Positions 61,090-64,000 of a stretch of DNA of 64,000 bases are shown here, one piece after another (position 1 is the first letter of the stretch; each line of letters begins with the position of its first letter). The DNA lies in the NCBI GenBank assembly GCA_973895155.1, contig OZ316893.1, positions 25,842,798 through 25,906,797 on the forward strand, in the 5' to 3' direction. Made by a program: the position numbers and the translations under genes. The stretch is from Marsupella aquatica. Lineage: Eukaryota > Plantae > Marchantiophyta. The notes beneath the pieces were generated by a model that was given only the letters and a program-made list of their open reading frames with translations, ran no database searches and was not told where the DNA came from.

Positions 61090-63287
61090 ATGTTCAGCAA
61101 CCATGAGCGGCAGAAGGAACGGACGGGAAAATACGGCACAACTCGAGACGAGCACCTTCAGGTTGGATGGAACTATGGCTAGCCCAACTTTGGTATCCAT
61201 GTTCGACTGTAGATTCAGCTCATTCTCCGTCTCTGGCACTCGGTCTTGTAGTTTTAGCTTATCTCTGGTGCTCTTGCTATCCGGTCCTTTTTGACCCATG
61301 TGCCAAATTTTGATCTGTGGGGTTTGAACCATCAATTCACTGTCTATCTCTGTGTATCTTGAATTTTTCAAGCATTCATTCTATCTATATCTTCTCTTTT
61401 ATGTGAAGAAAAGAATTTTCCTAGAGGATAAAATGACGGTAGTGAAACAGAATTGAATTGGTTTAGGACTAAGCAGTAGACACTTGCAATTCTATGTGTC
61501 CTAAAACAAGAACCATTGGCGCATCGTTGTTATTGCAGGATCTTGTGACAGAATTTCAACATACTGTAAGCGAGGGTATAAACTCCTCTCAATTGCCATT
61601 CTTGTGCTTTGTCCGTATGGTACGCTGTTGATTGATCCTCTTCTTCAATCTTGTATAACAGACCCTGAACATTGGTCCTCACTTTCAGCATTGAAAATTG
61701 AGAAATCGTGATTTATTAGGCGTCAGGCTTTCCGTTTGTCAAAATCTTCGTCAGCTGCCAGTGTTGAAAGCTCTTGTTTTTCGGACTTATACTGACATTT
61801 GCCTGCCAAAATTTCTGCAGAAGCCAAAGAACAAATTGTAGCCAATTTGGGCAACTTTGCATATGACCCATTTAATTATGAGTATTTGCGCAAGGTTGGT
61901 CGCTTTTCCACTTTTCAACGCCCTTACAGGCTTGCACCGTTGGCAAACTGAGACACTTCTATTCTTGGTGTCAGGGTGTGCCTGAATACCGCTTGGTGGC
62001 TTAAATTTTTCTTGATTTTATGCCTTATTTTTCCCTGCCTGCCAACGTCAAGGATGAGAAAAGCTCTGATATGGCCCTGCGACTGTCTGCGATCAAACAG
62101 TGCTGAAGTATCGCTGCAATATTTTGTCAAGTCTGTGCTTATTTGTTTCCTTTGTGCTAAGAACGATAATTAGATGATGGTAATTTAGGGTTTAGGGTTA
62201 TGCCAGATATGCCCTTCCTTGGAAAGCTTTTCTCAGACACTGAAGACTTGGTGACTACATCTCTTGCAGCTTCACGTACTGGATTTGTTCATGGACTGCT
62301 TAACGGAGCCCAATGAGAAGCTGGTGGAGTTTGGCGTCGCTGGAGTCTGCAACTGCGCTCCTGGTGACTATCGTTTGGAAACTCTCAAATCTGTTTGCAT
62401 GCTCCTCTCGCATCTATTGCAAATGTTGTTTGGAACAATCTTCAACAATCGAATTTGTGTGTTAACAGGTACTATTAAGTTGAAAGCTTCATGGTTAGAC
62501 AACCACGGCTAGAAATCAGTTGCAATTAGTGACACAGGCAATTCTTTGTTGAAGAGTAAATGTTATCTGAAGATTGCATTGCAATTGGTCTTTGGATTTT
62601 GACAACTACAGATCCTGCGAACGCTGCTGTTCTTGTAGCCAATGGAGCCATACCTCTACTTATATCTTGTTTGTCGAGCCCGGTAGAGAATACGGTAATT
62701 TCATCATCCCACCTTGAATTTCATCACCACTTCTACAGTCAGGGTATTTGTGTACAGGCTAGTGGAAATGTCTTTCGCGATCTTGTTTGCTAGTATCCAT
62801 ATCCTACCATTGTAAAGGACCCTGCCTCCGGAGAGCATTTTGCCATTCGTGACCTTCGTGATCATCCCACAGTTCCTTGTGTTCGCAAAGCAACCGGCAG
62901 AACAGGAGTCTGTCAAAACATTAAGAAAGTGATTTGTGATACCGTGGCTGCAGGTGTTGTCTACCATGGCCGGCTTGTACTATTTGTGTACACATGCAAC
63001 TAGAAAAGGTGATATGAATGCCAACATCCTAAGGGCCATGCTTCTAAATTCTAAGTTGGTTTGCAAAAGGAGATTCATAGGTTGGTCTCCAGGTTTTCGC
63101 AATTAGTTGTCCAGGAACTGCATTTTGAGATTATATGATCGGGAGCTGCTTTGCTGACATTACTCTTTTTGCAGATATTTTGATCGCACCGGTGGTGGAT
63201 AGTCTACGAGCATACGCCTCTAGTAGTGCCAATCCAAGGTTTCAAAACGTAGCGCGGGCCTTTCTTGATAAGTATGTAGACAGGTAA
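61090..63287 (+). CDS. ARMC7: Armadillo repeat-containing protein 7, 175 aa, 7 exons
   Basis: Exons 61090-61161, 61539-61575, 61821-61894, 62270-62363, 62612-62694, 62954-63008 and 63175-63287 are GT-AG and in frame. Product: [31 protein letters not shown]...[52 protein letters not shown]...[10 protein letters not shown]...[13 protein letters not shown]. Confidence 0.93.
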
Positions 63288-64000
63288 ATAGGAGCATATT
63301 CACCTACGTGAGGTCACGAGGATCAAAGCATATTAAATTGCTTTTCAGACTTGAGATAGTTAGAAGTGACTTGAGATAGTTAGAAGTGACGGACCCACTC
63401 ATAGGACTTGAGCTTCCTTTTGGAAGAGTAGAGCCCCAAACCATATAGAATTCAATGCCGTTGCAGAGCTCCTGATCGGTGGTCATGGAGCAATTTTGAC
63501 CTCGGTAGGGAAGGCATGGGGACGAACAGACTTGGATGTTCCTAAGAGAGACGGTTGAGGGTTAAGGGAGTTTACGTAGTCTCATTTGAACATTTGGTTA
63601 TTTAGTTCCCTTATTAACTCCAATTATCCCGCCTTCCTAGCGTGGCTATGCCTTTGGTGCGATCGTATGTGTCTGTGTGAAGGAGTGTAGCTTCCTCTTG
63701 AGGAAAAGAGTACCACTGAATCCTGATGGGTGACTTCATGCAAGTTCAGTGGCTTGCACAGGATTCCCAACAACGTCGGCAAAGCTTCACCCATGTCATT
63801 TGAGATAGAAATGACAACAATCAACAAGCATGTGCCTCAAAATTTGTAAATTACACGAAGACTCGTAAGGAAGACTCGTAAGGAAGACTTTTTCGTTTTC
63901 AGTTAGCTAATACGGCAAGCCATGGGGAAAGATCTAAGTGAGTTGGATTGGAGTCTGAGGGTGTATGCAGTTTCATGTGAACTAGAATACTTACTTCCGA

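Noticed and set aside
61567-61572. Stronger-looking donor (act|gtaagc) inside ARMC7 exon 2
   Set aside because: It is phase 0 and would frameshift exon 3. The donor at 61576 preserves the conserved frame.
62184-62200. TTTAGGG telomere-like repeats in an ARMC7 intron
   Set aside because: Only about two units, a common interstitial telo-box-like motif rather than a telomere or fusion scar.

Overview
Eukaryotic nuclear DNA from a land plant with spliceosomal introns. The POR protein closely resembles the Marchantia POR as I recall it, so a liverwort or other bryophyte is likely (inference). Eight apparently intact host genes were reconstructed by hand: a TPD1-like secreted protein (+), an HNH endonuclease-domain protein (+, 4 exons), an F-box/Kelch protein (+), a polyamine/LAT-family transporter (-), L-lactate dehydrogenase (-), a gankyrin/PSMD10-like ankyrin protein (+, 5 exons), protochlorophyllide oxidoreductase (-, 5 exons) and ARMC7 (+, 7 exons). 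The first 6.3 kb is the right part of a decayed Mutator/MuDR-like transposon with a convergent second gene. Intergenic DNA holds a solo LTR with a perfect 5-bp TSD, 3' ends of non-LTR retroelements (two CRE/RLE-like), a tRNA-derived SINE-like head, decayed coding-like tracts and many local tandem duplications. There are no CRISPR arrays, rRNA genes or convincing tRNA genes. I found no complete new multi-gene system. The best leads are: an intronless LDH with a transit-peptide-like extension and duplicated start and stop regions; a CRE-like insertion between 58-bp direct repeats; an AUG-stop uORF upstream of the polyamine transporter; and the unassigned MULE accessory gene.
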